From NCBI GenBank assembly GCA_963757565.1, contig CAVWSB010000006.1, positions 661,301 through 725,300 of the forward strand: DNA of 64,000 nucleotides, given 5' to 3'. A program made the translations under genes and the position numbers. Shown here one piece after another: positions 48,201 to 58,265 of the stretch (the stretch's first letter is position 1; every line of letters starts with the position of its first letter). The notes below the pieces were generated by a model. The model was not told the origin of the DNA, did not search any database, and was given only the letters and a program-made list of their open reading frames with translations. Origin of the DNA: an uncultured Alphaproteobacteria bacterium (GTDB taxonomy: Bacteria > Pseudomonadota > Alphaproteobacteria > Rhizobiales > Xanthobacteraceae).

Positions 48201-49177
48201 GCGTCGATCCCGTAGTCGCGCACGCTGCTGACCGCCTGGTGGAAGCGCAGCTTGCGGAAATATTCGAGCGGGTCTTTCGGGCGCACCAGCGCGCCCGGCG
48301 GGACGTTGAGCCAGTCGACCAGCCGCGTCAGCAGGAAGCGCAACGCGGCGCCGCGCGCGAGCAGCGGCAGGCACGCGCGCTCCTCCAGCGAAAGCGGGCG
48401 CGCCGACGCGTAACCCTGCAACAGCGCGCGACCCTTGGTGACGTTGTAGGAATGATCCGGCTCGAAGCACCATGCGTTGAGGCAGATCGCGATGTCGTAG
48501 GCGAGCGCATCGGTGCAGGCGAAATAAAAGTCGATCAGCCCGGACAAGTCATCGCCGAGGAAGAAAACGTTGTCGGGAAAGAGGTCGGCGTGGATCACGC
48601 CTTCCGGCAATCCCGAGGGCCACGCGCCTTCGAGCAAGGTCAACTCTTTGTCGATCATCTCGCGCAGGCCCGGCTGCACGCTGTCCGCGCCGGCGGCGGA
48701 TGCGACGCAGAGCGGCCGCCAGCCATCGACCGACAGCGCGTTACGCCGCGTCATGGAGAAATCCGCGCCCGCCAGATGCAGCTTCGCCAGCGCCTCGCCG
48801 ACCGCGCCGCAATGCGCCGTGCTCGGCCGCCGCATCCACATCCCTTCGAGGAACGTCACGATTGCGGCCGGCCGCCCGGCCACGAATCCGAGCAGCGTGC
48901 CCGAACGCGTCTTCACCGGCTGCGGGCAATTCAGCCCGCGCGCCGCCAGATGCCCCATCAGGGCGAGGAAGAACGGCAGGTCCTCGGGCGCGACGCGCTT
49001 CTCATACAGCGTCAGGATGAAGTGGCCGTTGGTGGTGTGGACGAGGAAATTCGAGTTCTCGACGCCCTCCGCGATGCCCTTGTAGGAGAGCAACTCGCCA
49101 AGCTCGTATTCGCTGAGGAAATCGGCCAGATCGTCCGCCGAGACGTCGGTATAGACGGCCACAACATGTCGCTCCAT
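48197..49177 (-). CDS. thrB: homoserine kinase (ThrB, APH-fold type)
   Basis: 326-aa ORF with [36 protein letters not shown] and [12 protein letters not shown]. thrB-rnhA gene order. Confidence 0.9.
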   Translation of the reverse strand: MERHVVAVYTDVSADDLADFLSEYELGELLSYKGIAEGVENSNFLVHTTNGHFILTLYEKRVAPEDLPFFLALMGHLAARGLNCPQPVKTRSGTLLGFVAGRPAAIVTFLEGMWMRRPSTAHCGAVGEALAKLHLAGADFSMTRRNALSVDGWRPLCVASAAGADSVQPGLREMIDKELTLLEGAWPSGLPEGVIHADLFPDNVFFLGDDLSGLIDFYFACTDALAYDIAICLNAWCFEPDHSYNVTKGRALLQGYASARPLSLEERACLPLLARGAALRFLLTRLVDWLNVPPGALVRPKDPLEYFRKLRFHQAVSSVRDYGIDA

Positions 49178-49268
49178 GCTCGTCGCGGCCGATCACTACT
49201 GGAAAGACCGCCACGCCTCAATGATCGGCCGATTAGACACACCATTTTGCACGTGAGAATGTCGGCCC

Positions 49269-50297
49269 ATGACGCGCGAGGAGACCATCCGATCGATCGT
49301 CAACGCGGATGGCCTCGGGCTGGAAATCGGGCCGAGCTATAATCCGCTGTTTCCCAAGGCGCGCGGTCACCGGATCGAGACGATCGATCACGCCTCGCAG
49401 GCCGGGCTCATCGAAAAATACAAGGACGATCCTTCGGTCGATTGCTCGCGCATCGAGCCGGTCGACTACGTTTGCGACGGACGCTCCTACGTCGAGACGA
49501 TCGGCGCGCGGGAGCGCTACGATTTCATCGTGGCCTCGCATGTGATCGAGCACAGCCCGGATCTGATCGGCTTCCTGCAGGACTGCGAGGCGTTGCTGCG
49601 GCCGCAGGGTGTGCTGGTGCTCGCGATGCCCGACAAACGCCACTGCTTCGATGCGCTGCGGCCGATTTCCACGACCGGCTCCGCGCTTCAGGCCGCGCTG
49701 GAGAAACGGACGCGCCACACGCCGGGCGCGGTATTCGATTGCGCGGCGAACGCGGTCCAGCGTGGCGGCGAACCGACCTGGTGGCACGACAACCGGCAGC
49801 CGTTGCGGCTGATGCAGGACATCCCCGTGGCCCGGCAGCAGTTCGAGGCGGCAAGCACCGGCACGGCCTATTTCGATAATCATTCCTGGTGCTTCACCCC
49901 GTCGAGCTTCCGGCTGCTCGTGAGCGACTTCAACGCGCTGGGCCTGCTGGCGCTGCGGGAACGCGACATCCGCGCGCCGGGCGGCTTTGAGTTCTTTGCC
50001 GTCCTGGCGCGGGACGGCGCGGGCGCAAAGCCTGCCCGTTTCGAGCTCCTGCTGGCGATCGAGCAGGAGCTTGCCGAGGGTGCGGAGGCCCTTCTCGGCC
50101 GCAAGGGAACCGGTTCTGCATGGAGAACGGCTTGCTTTCCTGGCGGACGGCCCTCCGAGGCCGTCGAGGCCCGCTTCAAGACCGACCGGGAGCGCGACTC
50201 GTATCTGGACGCGGTCCTCTCCAGCACCTCCTGGCGCGTCACCCGCCCGTTGAGAATGCTGGGAAATACCTGGAAAAAGCTGCGCCGGCGCGCCTGA
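49269..50297 (+). CDS. class I SAM-dependent methyltransferase with extended C-terminal region
   Basis: 342-aa ORF with GLEIGPSYNP and DFIVASHVIEHSPDLIGFL...LRPQGVLVLAMPD (MTase motifs I/II-like). The C-terminus ends in SSTSWRVTRPLR... Confidence 0.7.
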   Translation: MTREETIRSIVNADGLGLEIGPSYNPLFPKARGHRIETIDHASQAGLIEKYKDDPSVDCSRIEPVDYVCDGRSYVETIGARERYDFIVASHVIEHSPDLIGFLQDCEALLRPQGVLVLAMPDKRHCFDALRPISTTGSALQAALEKRTRHTPGAVFDCAANAVQRGGEPTWWHDNRQPLRLMQDIPVARQQFEAASTGTAYFDNHSWCFTPSSFRLLVSDFNALGLLALRERDIRAPGGFEFFAVLARDGAGAKPARFELLLAIEQELAEGAEALLGRKGTGSAWRTACFPGGRPSEAVEARFKTDRERDSYLDAVLSSTSWRVTRPLRMLGNTWKKLRRRA

Positions 50298-50417
50298 AAT
50301 GCCCCGATTCGGCATTGGACACGTGCGCAACGCGCGCTTATATATCCGGCATTCACGTCATCGCTGATGACAACAGGCTTCGCCCGGAGGGCGGGCGGAG
50401 CGCAGAGGAGATTTGCC

Positions 50418-51116
50418 ATGGCGACCACGCCGTTGATGCCGAAGGCGACCGCCGTCTGGCTCGTCGAGAGCACCGCGCTGTCGTTCGACCAGATCGCCGA
50501 TTTCTGCAAGCTGCACCCCCTCGAAGTGAAGGCGATCGCCGATGGCGACGCCGCGCAGGGGATCAAGGGGCTCGATCCGGTGCTGACCGGCCAGCTCACG
50601 CGCGAGGAAATCCAGAAGGCCGAAAAGGACCACGATTTGCGGCTGCACATTTCCGATCCGAAGGTGCGCCTGCCCGAAGCCAAGAAGAAGAAAGGCCCGC
50701 GCTACACCCCGGTGTCGCGCCGCCAGGACCGCCCGAACGCGATCCTGTGGCTGGTGCGCAATCATCCCGAACTGAAGGACGCGGCGATCATGCGCCTGGT
50801 CGGGACGACGAAGTCGACCATCGCCGGCATTCGCGAGCGCACCCACTGGAACGCGGCGCAATTGCAGCCGCTCGATCCGGTCACGCTCGGCCTGTGTTCG
50901 CAGATCGACCTCGACCTCGAGGTGCAGCGCGCCGCCAAGGAGAAGCCGGCGATCGAGCAGCGCGGCCCGACGCTGCTGCCGGCGTCCGTTACCACCGCTG
51001 CCGCCGAGGCGAAGGTGGAGGCCGAGCAGAGCCCGAAGCAGCGCGACGATCTTAATGTCGACGCGGTGTTCGCCAAGCTCAAGCAGCTCGGAAAAGGCGA
51101 CGACAAGGGCGAATGA
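50418..51116 (+). CDS. DUF1013-family protein (TrcR-like cell-cycle regulator)
   Basis: ORF trimmed to MATTPLMPKATAVWLVESTALSFDQIADFCKLHPLEVKAIADG..., with GGAG upstream. Pattern recalled as DUF1013. Confidence 0.75.
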   Translation: MATTPLMPKATAVWLVESTALSFDQIADFCKLHPLEVKAIADGDAAQGIKGLDPVLTGQLTREEIQKAEKDHDLRLHISDPKVRLPEAKKKKGPRYTPVSRRQDRPNAILWLVRNHPELKDAAIMRLVGTTKSTIAGIRERTHWNAAQLQPLDPVTLGLCSQIDLDLEVQRAAKEKPAIEQRGPTLLPASVTTAAAEAKVEAEQSPKQRDDLNVDAVFAKLKQLGKGDDKGE

Positions 51117-51124
51117 TTGACGCT

Positions 51125-51170
51125 GGCGGTGCTTGGTTTTAGCTAAAACCAAGCACCGCCATTTTTATTT
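51125..51170 (+). terminator. strong rho-independent terminator
   Basis: Perfect 36-nt palindrome GGCGGTGCTTGGTTTTAG/CTAAAACCAAGCACCGCC followed by ATTTTTATTT. Confidence 0.75.
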
Positions 51171-51392
51171 GTCATATTGAAGCGCGATTATTCGATCCAT
51201 TAAAGCTTGGCTCCGCATCCTTCGGCCGCCATCCGATCCCGGTCCATCACCGCGACTACGCAGTAACCCCAATCGCGTCATTCCCGATGCCGGGGCTGCG
51301 GGTCATTTTCGCAAAGCTTTCTTTACACGGCGCGCCGCATCTGTTCGCGCGTGTTCTCCGCGCGCCGATCTGGCGGCCTGCTTTAAAGAAAA

Positions 51393-53447
51393 ATGGTGGC
51401 GATAATGTCCGGCGCGCCCAAGTCTTCGTTTAATCCGATGTCCCGGCTCAAGATCGGCACGCGCATCTACGCGGGCTTTGGGCTGGTGCTGCTGCTGCTC
51501 GCGACGCTCGGCGCGGTCAGCTACTACGGGCAGCGCAGCGTCGGTGAATCCTTCGATCGATTTGAAGCCGTCAGCGAACATACCCTGAATGCAGCGATCC
51601 TGGATCGCGCTTTCGTGGGCCTGCGCCGAGAAATGCTCGCTTTCATCGGCAGCGGGACTGAAGAGGCCGCCGACCAGGCGCGCAACTGGGCCGAGCAGGT
51701 GAAGAAGAACGGCGCGGAGCTGCAGGCCAGGCTGATCACTCCGGCGCGCAAGGCCGAAATGCAGGCGATCATGCAGTCGGCGGACCAGTACACCTCGCAC
51801 CTCGAAGAGGTCTTCAAGATGCGCCGTACGCGCGAAAAGATCGTCAGCGAGGAAATGAACGTGTTCGGCGCTGAGGCGCGCCGCAAGGTGAGCGACGTCA
51901 TCAAGACTGCGATGGCGGATGGCGACTTCGAGGCCGCCGCCCAGGCCGGCTTGACCGAAGAAGCGTTGATGCAGATGCGCATCTATGCGCTGCGTTTCCT
52001 CGACACGCCCGACGCGAAGGACGTCGATGCCTTCAAGACCAACAACGCCGCGTTCGGGACTGGGATCGTCGCACTCGGCGAGCGCCTGAAGAGCCCGGAG
52101 CGCAAGCGCCTCGCCGCGCAGGCCGCAGAGGATGGCGTCAAATACGCCAAGGCCTTCGAGCAAGTGGTCAAGGTCGTGACCGAACTGGACACGATGGTCA
52201 ACAAGACGATGGCCGACGTTGCCAGCTCCATCACCAAGCGGCTCGGCGAATTCGTCAAGGCACAGCGCGAGAGCCTCGCGGCCATCTCCAAGCTCAGCGA
52301 CGAGGAGGCCGCTACAACCAAGCACGTGTCGATCGGGATTGCGGCGGGCGCGCTTGCTCTCGGCCTGATCATCGCGTTCCTGATCGCGCGCGGCATCGTG
52401 CGCCCGGTCTCCGGCCTCACCGGCGGCATGAAGGATCTGGCTGGCGGAAACTTCGATGTCGTCCTCCCTGGCCTCGGCCGGGCCGACGAGGTCGGCGAAA
52501 TGGCGCGCGCCGTCGAAACCTTCAAGGTGCTGCTGGCCGAGAAGGCCAAGCGCGAAGCCGAAGAAAAGATGCAGGCGGACGCACGCGCCGCCGCTGACCG
52601 TAAGGCCACCATGCACAAGCTCGCGGACGAATTCCAGGTCGCGGTCGGCAACATCGTGGACACGGTGTCGTCCGCCTCGACCGAGCTGGAAGCCGCCGCC
52701 GGCACGCTGATGAAAACCGCCGAGGTGACGCAGAGCCTCTCCGGCGCGGTCGCGGCTGCCTCCGAGCAGGCCTCCGCCAATGTGCAGTCGGTTGCTTCCG
52801 CGACCGAGGAGATGACCTCCTCGGTGAACGAGATCAGCCGGCAGGTACAGGAAAGCGCCAAGATCGCGGGCGACGCCGTCAAACAGGCGCAGCAGACCGA
52901 CAATCGCATCAACGAGCTGTCGCAGGCCGCCGGCCGCATTGGCGACGTGGTCAAGCTGATCACCGCGATTGCCGAGCAGACCAACCTGCTCGCGCTCAAC
53001 GCCACCATCGAGGCGGCGCGCGCGGGCGAAGCGGGCCGCGGCTTTGCGGTCGTTGCCTCGGAGGTCAAGGCGCTGGCCGCGCAGACCGGCAAGGCGACCG
53101 AGGAAATCGGCACGCAGATCGCCGGCATGCAGTCCGCGACGAAGGATTCCGTCGCCGCGATCAAGGAGATCGGCGGCACCATCGGCCGCATCTCGGAGAT
53201 CGCTTCCACGATCGCTGCGGCGGTCGAGGAACAGGGCGCGGCGACGCAGGAAATCGCCCGCAATGTCGGCGAGGCCGCCAAGGGGACCACCCAGGTCGCC
53301 AACAACATCACCGACGTGAACCGCGGCGCGACCGAGACCGGCTCGGCGTCCAGCCAGGTTCTCTCCTCGGCGCAATCGCTGTCGGGCGAAAGCAATCATC
53401 TCAAGCTCGAAGTCGAAAAATTCCTCTCGACGGTGCGTGCGGCGTAA
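51393..53447 (+). CDS. methyl-accepting chemotaxis protein (MCP-1)
   Basis: 684-aa ORF (alternative starts at 51405 and 51438). TM, a four-helix-bundle-type periplasmic region, TM, HAMP, and signalling domain [31 protein letters not shown]. Ends ...STVRAA. Confidence 0.9.
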   Translation: MVAIMSGAPKSSFNPMSRLKIGTRIYAGFGLVLLLLATLGAVSYYGQRSVGESFDRFEAVSEHTLNAAILDRAFVGLRREMLAFIGSGTEEAADQARNWAEQVKKNGAELQARLITPARKAEMQAIMQSADQYTSHLEEVFKMRRTREKIVSEEMNVFGAEARRKVSDVIKTAMADGDFEAAAQAGLTEEALMQMRIYALRFLDTPDAKDVDAFKTNNAAFGTGIVALGERLKSPERKRLAAQAAEDGVKYAKAFEQVVKVVTELDTMVNKTMADVASSITKRLGEFVKAQRESLAAISKLSDEEAATTKHVSIGIAAGALALGLIIAFLIARGIVRPVSGLTGGMKDLAGGNFDVVLPGLGRADEVGEMARAVETFKVLLAEKAKREAEEKMQADARAAADRKATMHKLADEFQVAVGNIVDTVSSASTELEAAAGTLMKTAEVTQSLSGAVAAASEQASANVQSVASATEEMTSSVNEISRQVQESAKIAGDAVKQAQQTDNRINELSQAAGRIGDVVKLITAIAEQTNLLALNATIEAARAGEAGRGFAVVASEVKALAAQTGKATEEIGTQIAGMQSATKDSVAAIKEIGGTIGRISEIASTIAAAVEEQGAATQEIARNVGEAAKGTTQVANNITDVNRGATETGSASSQVLSSAQSLSGESNHLKLEVEKFLSTVRAA

Positions 53448-53478
53448 GGGAGCAACTTCCCGCACACACTGTCGGAAA

Positions 53479-53524
53479 ACCGCGCGGATGCCGTCCCACC
53501 CGGCGTCCGCGCGGTCTCTTTTTG
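53479..53524 (+). terminator. rho-independent terminator after MCP-1
   Basis: ACCGCGCGGATGCCG-tcccacc-CGGCGTCCGCGCGGT followed by CTCTTTTTG. An identical hairpin recurs at 56455-56491. Confidence 0.6.
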
Positions 53525-53589
53525 TCCAGTCTCCTGAATAAATTCCTTGCTTCCGCCGCATTTGCGCCGCACGGCGCGCCATACCTCAT

Positions 53590-54130
53590 GTGGATTATAG
53601 TCCTTGCCTCGATCCACGAGGGGCGCTTCTAGAGGCGTCTTGAGGTGCGGATCGGGGGCGGTGGCCCGGTTGGGGTGCAACACGCACACCCTTAGCCGGT
53701 GCAGCCGAAGCCGAACGGTCCCGGCGCGCCAGCCGCGCGCCACTGGAGGCTCAGGGCGGCGTGCCCGAAGGCGACTGCCCGTCGCCGGCGTACGCCGAGC
53801 CCCCGCAGCGGTGGAGAGGCTTCCGAGGGAAAACCGAGGGAGCCCGAAAGGTCAGTCCACCGGGGGTCGTGCGGAGCAGGCTTCAAACACCGCGCACGGG
53901 ACGCCGGAGAAATGGCGGACTTGCGGCATCGACAACCGAGCGGCGCTTTGCAGACGCGCCGCTCCGCTTCGGTCTCGCGAGAGATCGAGGCCCGCGGGTC
54001 CGTCAGGACCCCGGCGTCCCGCGCCGCCCTCTTCTCGGGCCGCGCTCGCGCTTCAAACTCGGGCGCTCATCGCGCCGCGAGAATGCCGGAGGCTGTTTGC
54101 GCGAGGAAGCAAATGGATTGCGCGATCACT
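53590..54130 (+). other. ORF-free, GC-rich, hairpin-dense region (candidate structured RNA; strand unknown)
   Basis: No credible ORF in six frames. Multiple perfect 5-9-bp helices, including nested ones (see findings). I could not match it to any RNA family by eye. Confidence 0.3.
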
Positions 54131-54296
54131 CTTAGTTTAATGACGGTTGGTCGGGACTTTTACTCATCGTGGAGACAAGCGCGGCCAATGCGATCCGTAA
54201 GAATACTAGTCGCTTCCGCAATTAAACAATACTTCAGTTGCTAAAACTAAATCATCTCTCTGACATCCATCGTAGATTTCCAAAGAGGGCTTCATC

Positions 54297-56393
54297 GTGC
54301 GCAAGCTTATGAATAAACTTCGCATCGGCACCAAGCTCGCGCTTGTGTCCGGCCTCGGTATCGTTTTTGTCGTTGGCATGATCGTCAACCAGATGATCGG
54401 AAGCGGGTCGGTCGCACGATCGACCGAAGCCGCCGACACGCAACGCGTGATCACGCAATTCGCCGCCGAAATCAAAGCCAGCGTACGCGGGCTGATGGTC
54501 GGCGCGCGCGACACGCGCCTTGCGGACACGCCCGAAGCCTTGGAGAAAGCGACGACGTATTTCCACGCCCGCGAGGCCGCGGTAAAGCGCTTTGCCGATC
54601 AGGTCCTGCCGCTAATGCACTCGCCGGAAAACCGTGAGCGAATCGAAAAAATCCGTGCTCACCTCGGCAAATACGTCACCGTGATCAACGAGGTGGCGGC
54701 CGGCAAGGCAGAGCAGTTCAAGCTCGTTGTGAAGCGCACCGAGAACGGCAATGCCTGGTCGAAGCAATATGACGCTGTCACCAAATCTCCGATGCTCGGG
54801 CGCAACACGGCGGCCGTGCGTGACGCGGCCGATGCCTTCGCGATCGCGCGCCTTGCCGCCTGGCGATTCTCCGCGACAAATGAAGGCGATCAGGTCGAAA
54901 GAATAAACAAGGCGGCCGAGGAGGCGCTGGCGGCGTTCGCGCAGGTCCGCACCCAGATCGAAGACAAGGCGCTCGCCGACGCAATAGGGGGGCTTTCCGC
55001 CGTCATCGCCGATTTCAGGACTGTGGTGAGCCGCATCGTGGCACTCCAACAGCAGGAGAACGCGCTCGTTCGCGTGCAAGCCTTGCCGCTGGTAACGGAA
55101 ATGGGCGAAGTGAGCGACAAGATCGTCGAGTTCGCAAAGCATCAGGCTGAAACCGCCAAGGCAGATGCGCTGTCGCAATCAAGTTTCGTCAACGTGCTCG
55201 GCATCGGCGTCGGCGCGCTTGTTGTCGTTATCCTGATCGGCTCGGCGATCTTCGGCATGGTGTCCATCGCCAAGCCGGTGCGCCGCATCGGCGAAGTGCT
55301 GTCCGAACTCGCGAACGGCAACAAGTCGGTCGAAATCCCCTACACAGATCGCGGCGACGAAGTGGGCGACGCGGCGCGCGCGGCGCAGACCTTCCGCAAA
55401 GGTGTCGACGAACAGGAACGCCTCGCCGCCGAATTCCAAAAGGCGACCAACGAGCGGGAAGAGTTGACGCGGGGCATGGATGGCGCCGTCGAGCAATTCC
55501 GGACCGTGTCGCAGGAACTGCTGGCGAGTGTTGGCGATAACGCCAAGATGATGATGGAGACGGCGCAGGCCCTGACGGCCGTGTCCGGCGACGCCTCGAC
55601 GCAGGCGGTTTCGGCCGCTGCCGCGTCGGAGGAAACCGCCACCAACGTCAACACCGTGGCGGCCGCATCGGAAGAGCTTGCCAGTTCGATCCAGGAGATC
55701 GGCCGGCAGGTCGAGCAGGCGACGAGCGCCGTGCGCGCCGCCGGCGCGACCACGGAACGCTCCGCAACCGAAATCGAGGGTCTTGCGGCAGCCGGCCAGC
55801 GCATCGGTGCGGTGGTCGACCTGATCCAGGCGATCGCGGCGCAGACCAACCTGCTCGCACTCAACGCCACCATTGAGGCGGCGCGCGCGGGCGATGCCGG
55901 CCGCGGCTTCGCGGTTGTCGCATCGGAGGTGAAGAGCCTCGCGGCGCAGACCGCGAAAGCGACCGAGGAGATCGCCCAGCAGGTGCAGGGCATCCAGACC
56001 TCGACCAAGAGCGCAGTCGAGGCCGTCAAGGACATCGCGACCGCGATGCGCCAGATCGACGAGGTGACCACCGCGATCGCCAGTGCGGTCGAGGAACAGG
56101 GTGCGGCGACGAAAGAGATTTCGTCGAACGTCCAAATGGCGGCGCAGACGACGCAGACACTGGCGGGCAATATCTCGAGCGTCAACGGCGCGATCGGCGA
56201 GGCCAACCGCTCGGCCGATCAGGTTCTCGCGGCGTCCAACATCGTGTCGGGCGCGGCCGAGAAGCTGGTCAAGGAGGTGATGCAGTTCTTCACCATCCTG
56301 CGCACCGGCCCGATGGACCGCCGCGAGGAGAACGATCCGAACTACAAGGGCCCGGAGCGGCGCAGCGGCGCGCGGGGTGCCCGCGCCGCCTGA
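54297..56393 (+). CDS. methyl-accepting chemotaxis protein (MCP-2)
   Basis: 698-aa ORF with a GTG start. [30 protein letters not shown] (TM1), a helical periplasmic domain, TM2, HAMP and a signalling domain nearly identical to MCP-3/4. Arg-rich tail ending in AA. Confidence 0.9.
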   Translation: MRKLMNKLRIGTKLALVSGLGIVFVVGMIVNQMIGSGSVARSTEAADTQRVITQFAAEIKASVRGLMVGARDTRLADTPEALEKATTYFHAREAAVKRFADQVLPLMHSPENRERIEKIRAHLGKYVTVINEVAAGKAEQFKLVVKRTENGNAWSKQYDAVTKSPMLGRNTAAVRDAADAFAIARLAAWRFSATNEGDQVERINKAAEEALAAFAQVRTQIEDKALADAIGGLSAVIADFRTVVSRIVALQQQENALVRVQALPLVTEMGEVSDKIVEFAKHQAETAKADALSQSSFVNVLGIGVGALVVVILIGSAIFGMVSIAKPVRRIGEVLSELANGNKSVEIPYTDRGDEVGDAARAAQTFRKGVDEQERLAAEFQKATNEREELTRGMDGAVEQFRTVSQELLASVGDNAKMMMETAQALTAVSGDASTQAVSAAAASEETATNVNTVAAASEELASSIQEIGRQVEQATSAVRAAGATTERSATEIEGLAAAGQRIGAVVDLIQAIAAQTNLLALNATIEAARAGDAGRGFAVVASEVKSLAAQTAKATEEIAQQVQGIQTSTKSAVEAVKDIATAMRQIDEVTTAIASAVEEQGAATKEISSNVQMAAQTTQTLAGNISSVNGAIGEANRSADQVLAASNIVSGAAEKLVKEVMQFFTILRTGPMDRREENDPNYKGPERRSGARGARAA

Positions 56394-56454
56394 CCCGGAC
56401 AACGAGGTGCGGTGCGTGTCGTGTAAGGGAGCAACCACGTCACACACCAAACGA

Positions 56455-56498
56455 ACCGCGCGGATGCCGTCCCACCCGGCGTCCGCGCGGTCATTTTA
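56455..56498 (+). terminator. rho-independent terminator after MCP-2 (duplicate of 53479-53524)
   Basis: Same ACCGCGCGGATGCCG...CGGCGTCCGCGCGGT hairpin, followed by CATTTTAAC (weaker T-run). Confidence 0.5.
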
Positions 56499-56654
56499 AC
56501 GGTACCCGGCAGCGGGGCCGTAGTGCTACTTACAACGTATTTCTACATATATATTCCGCGATTTTTTGGGCATCGCAATTAACTATTTTGCCCAATTCTT
56601 AAAACCGGTTCCTACGTATTTCCATTCAACGCTTCACGTCCGGAGACGACTTCG

Positions 56655-58098
56655 ATGGCCGATGATTTCACCGATATCGCGGCACGCCTGTCCTTCATCG
56701 GAATGAATGCGGAGAAGCGCAGTGTGCTGCGCACGATGCGTCCGCTGATCGCGAAGGTTCTCCCCGCCATCCTCGACGAATTCTATCTCCTGATCGGCAA
56801 GACCTCCGAGGTCGCCCGCATGTTTTCCAATCCGGACCACATGCGTCACGCCAAGGAGATGCAGCTCAAGCACTGGGACGTCATCGCGGCGGCCGAATTC
56901 AGCGAGGAATACGGCAAGTCTGTCACGCGTATCGGCGAGACGCACAACCGGCTCGGGCTGGAGCCGCGCTGGTACATCGGCGGCTACAACTTCATGATCT
57001 CGGGCGTGATCCGCGCAATCGAGACCGACATCGCGAGCCACACCGGCGCGGGCCGGCGCAAGAAGGCCGCCATGATGGACGCCTTCATCAGCGCGGCGCT
57101 GCTCGACATGGACATCGCGATTTCCGTCTATATCGAGGCCGGCCGGCGCGAGAAGGAAGCCATCACCAACAATACCAACGAGGCGATCGACGTCTTCCGC
57201 ATCTCCTCGCAGGAGATCCTCTCGGGGGTCGAATTCGAACGCGATCAGCATGCGCGACACCGCGCAGGGGATGTCCAGCATCGCGGCCGATGCCTCGACG
57301 CAATCGGTCTCGGCTGCGGCTGCGGCTGAAGAGACCGCCGCCAGTGTGCAGACCGTGGCGGCGGCAGCGGAGGAGCTGGGAAGCTCGATCAAGGAGATCG
57401 GGCGTCAGGTCGAGCAGGCGACGAAGGCGGTGCGCGCCGCCGGTTCGACCACGGAGCGGTCCGCGACCGAGATCGAAGGCCTGGCGGCCGCCGGCCAGCG
57501 CATCGGCGCGGTCGTCGATCTGATCCAGGCGATCGCCGCGCAAACCAACCTGCTCGCCCTCAACGCCACCATCGAGGCGGCGCGCGCGGGCGAAGCGGGC
57601 CGCGGCTTTGCGGTGGTCGCTTCCGAAGTGAAGAACCTCGCGGCGCAGACCGCGAAGGCGACCGAGGAGATCGGCCAGCAGGTGCAGGGCATCCAGACCT
57701 CGACCAAGAGCGCGGTCGAGGCCGTGAAGGAGATCGCGGCGGCGATGCGCCAGATCGACGAGGTCACCACGGCGATCGCGGGCGCGGTCGAGGAGCAAAG
57801 CGCCGCCACCGGCGAGATTTCGCAGAACGTCCAGATGGCATCCCAGGGCACGCAGACGCTCTCCTCCAACATCGCGACCGTCACCGACGCGATCAACCAG
57901 GCCAACCTGTCGGCCGACGAGGTACTCGCGTCATCGGGAAGCGTTGTGACGCAGGCGGGACGGCTCGCGAGCGAAGTCGAAGCATTCTTCGTCAGGCTTC
58001 GTTCCGGCCCGCTCGACCGCCGCAAGGAAGACGATCCGAGTTACCGGGGCCCGGAGCGCCGGACCAAGTCCGGGCACGGGCACGCAAGCGCGGCCTGA
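56655..58098 (+). pseudogene. globin-coupled (HemAT-like) chemoreceptor, 1-nt frameshift near 57231-57238
   Basis: ORF 56655..57329 is a sensor globin (IGETHNRLGLEPRWYIGGYNFMISGV, proximal-His region). After ...QEILSGVE the MCP signalling domain continues ([15 protein letters not shown]...[27 protein letters not shown]) in the frame of ORF 57250..58098. An extra T in GAATTCG is the cause. Confidence 0.85.
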
Positions 58099-58265
58099 AC
58101 CGCTGCGGTGTTCGCAAGCGATGCGCTGCGTTAAGCGTCGTGGATCGGGAATCATCGCATACGGATTGATACGCACACGAAAACCAGCGAGCCCGTCCCC
58201 GCGCTTTACCGGCGATTATCGAACGCATCCCATTGTCGAAAGAGCGCGCGAACGGACATCCGCAT

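Noticed and set aside
51303-53582. 759-aa ORF antisense to MCP-1 (similar cases: 27144..28661, 36192..37463, 13858..15315, 20576..21679, 42155..43630)
   Set aside because: Same GC-rich antisense artefact. Each overlaps a strongly supported gene on the other strand and translates to an Arg/Gly/Asp/His-rich sequence with no family signature.
53735-53800. GCCACUGG...CCCGAAGGCG resembling part of a cobalamin riboswitch
   Set aside because: The other conserved cobalamin-riboswitch elements (the GGGAA...GGUG.AA.UCC core and the AGCCAGGAGACCUGCC B12 box) are not visible. The downstream gene is a chemoreceptor separated by an AT-rich promoter region. Only a covariance-model search could revive this idea.
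53644-54140. Group II intron (GUGCG at 53644) or two-piece tmRNA (UCCACC followed by GGGGG at 53856) in the MCP-1/MCP-2 spacer
   Set aside because: There is no domain V-like 34-nt hairpin with an AGC triad and bulge, and no intron-encoded RT. There is also no GGUUCGA-type T-arm, no CCA end in context, and no ANDN-type tag reading frame. The segment is too short for a group II intron.
56566-56578. FixK/FNR-like box (TTGGGCATCGCAA) upstream of the globin-coupled MCP
   Set aside because: The spacing is one nucleotide short of TTGA-N6-TCAA and the half-sites are imperfect. This is probably chance in an AT-rich promoter region.
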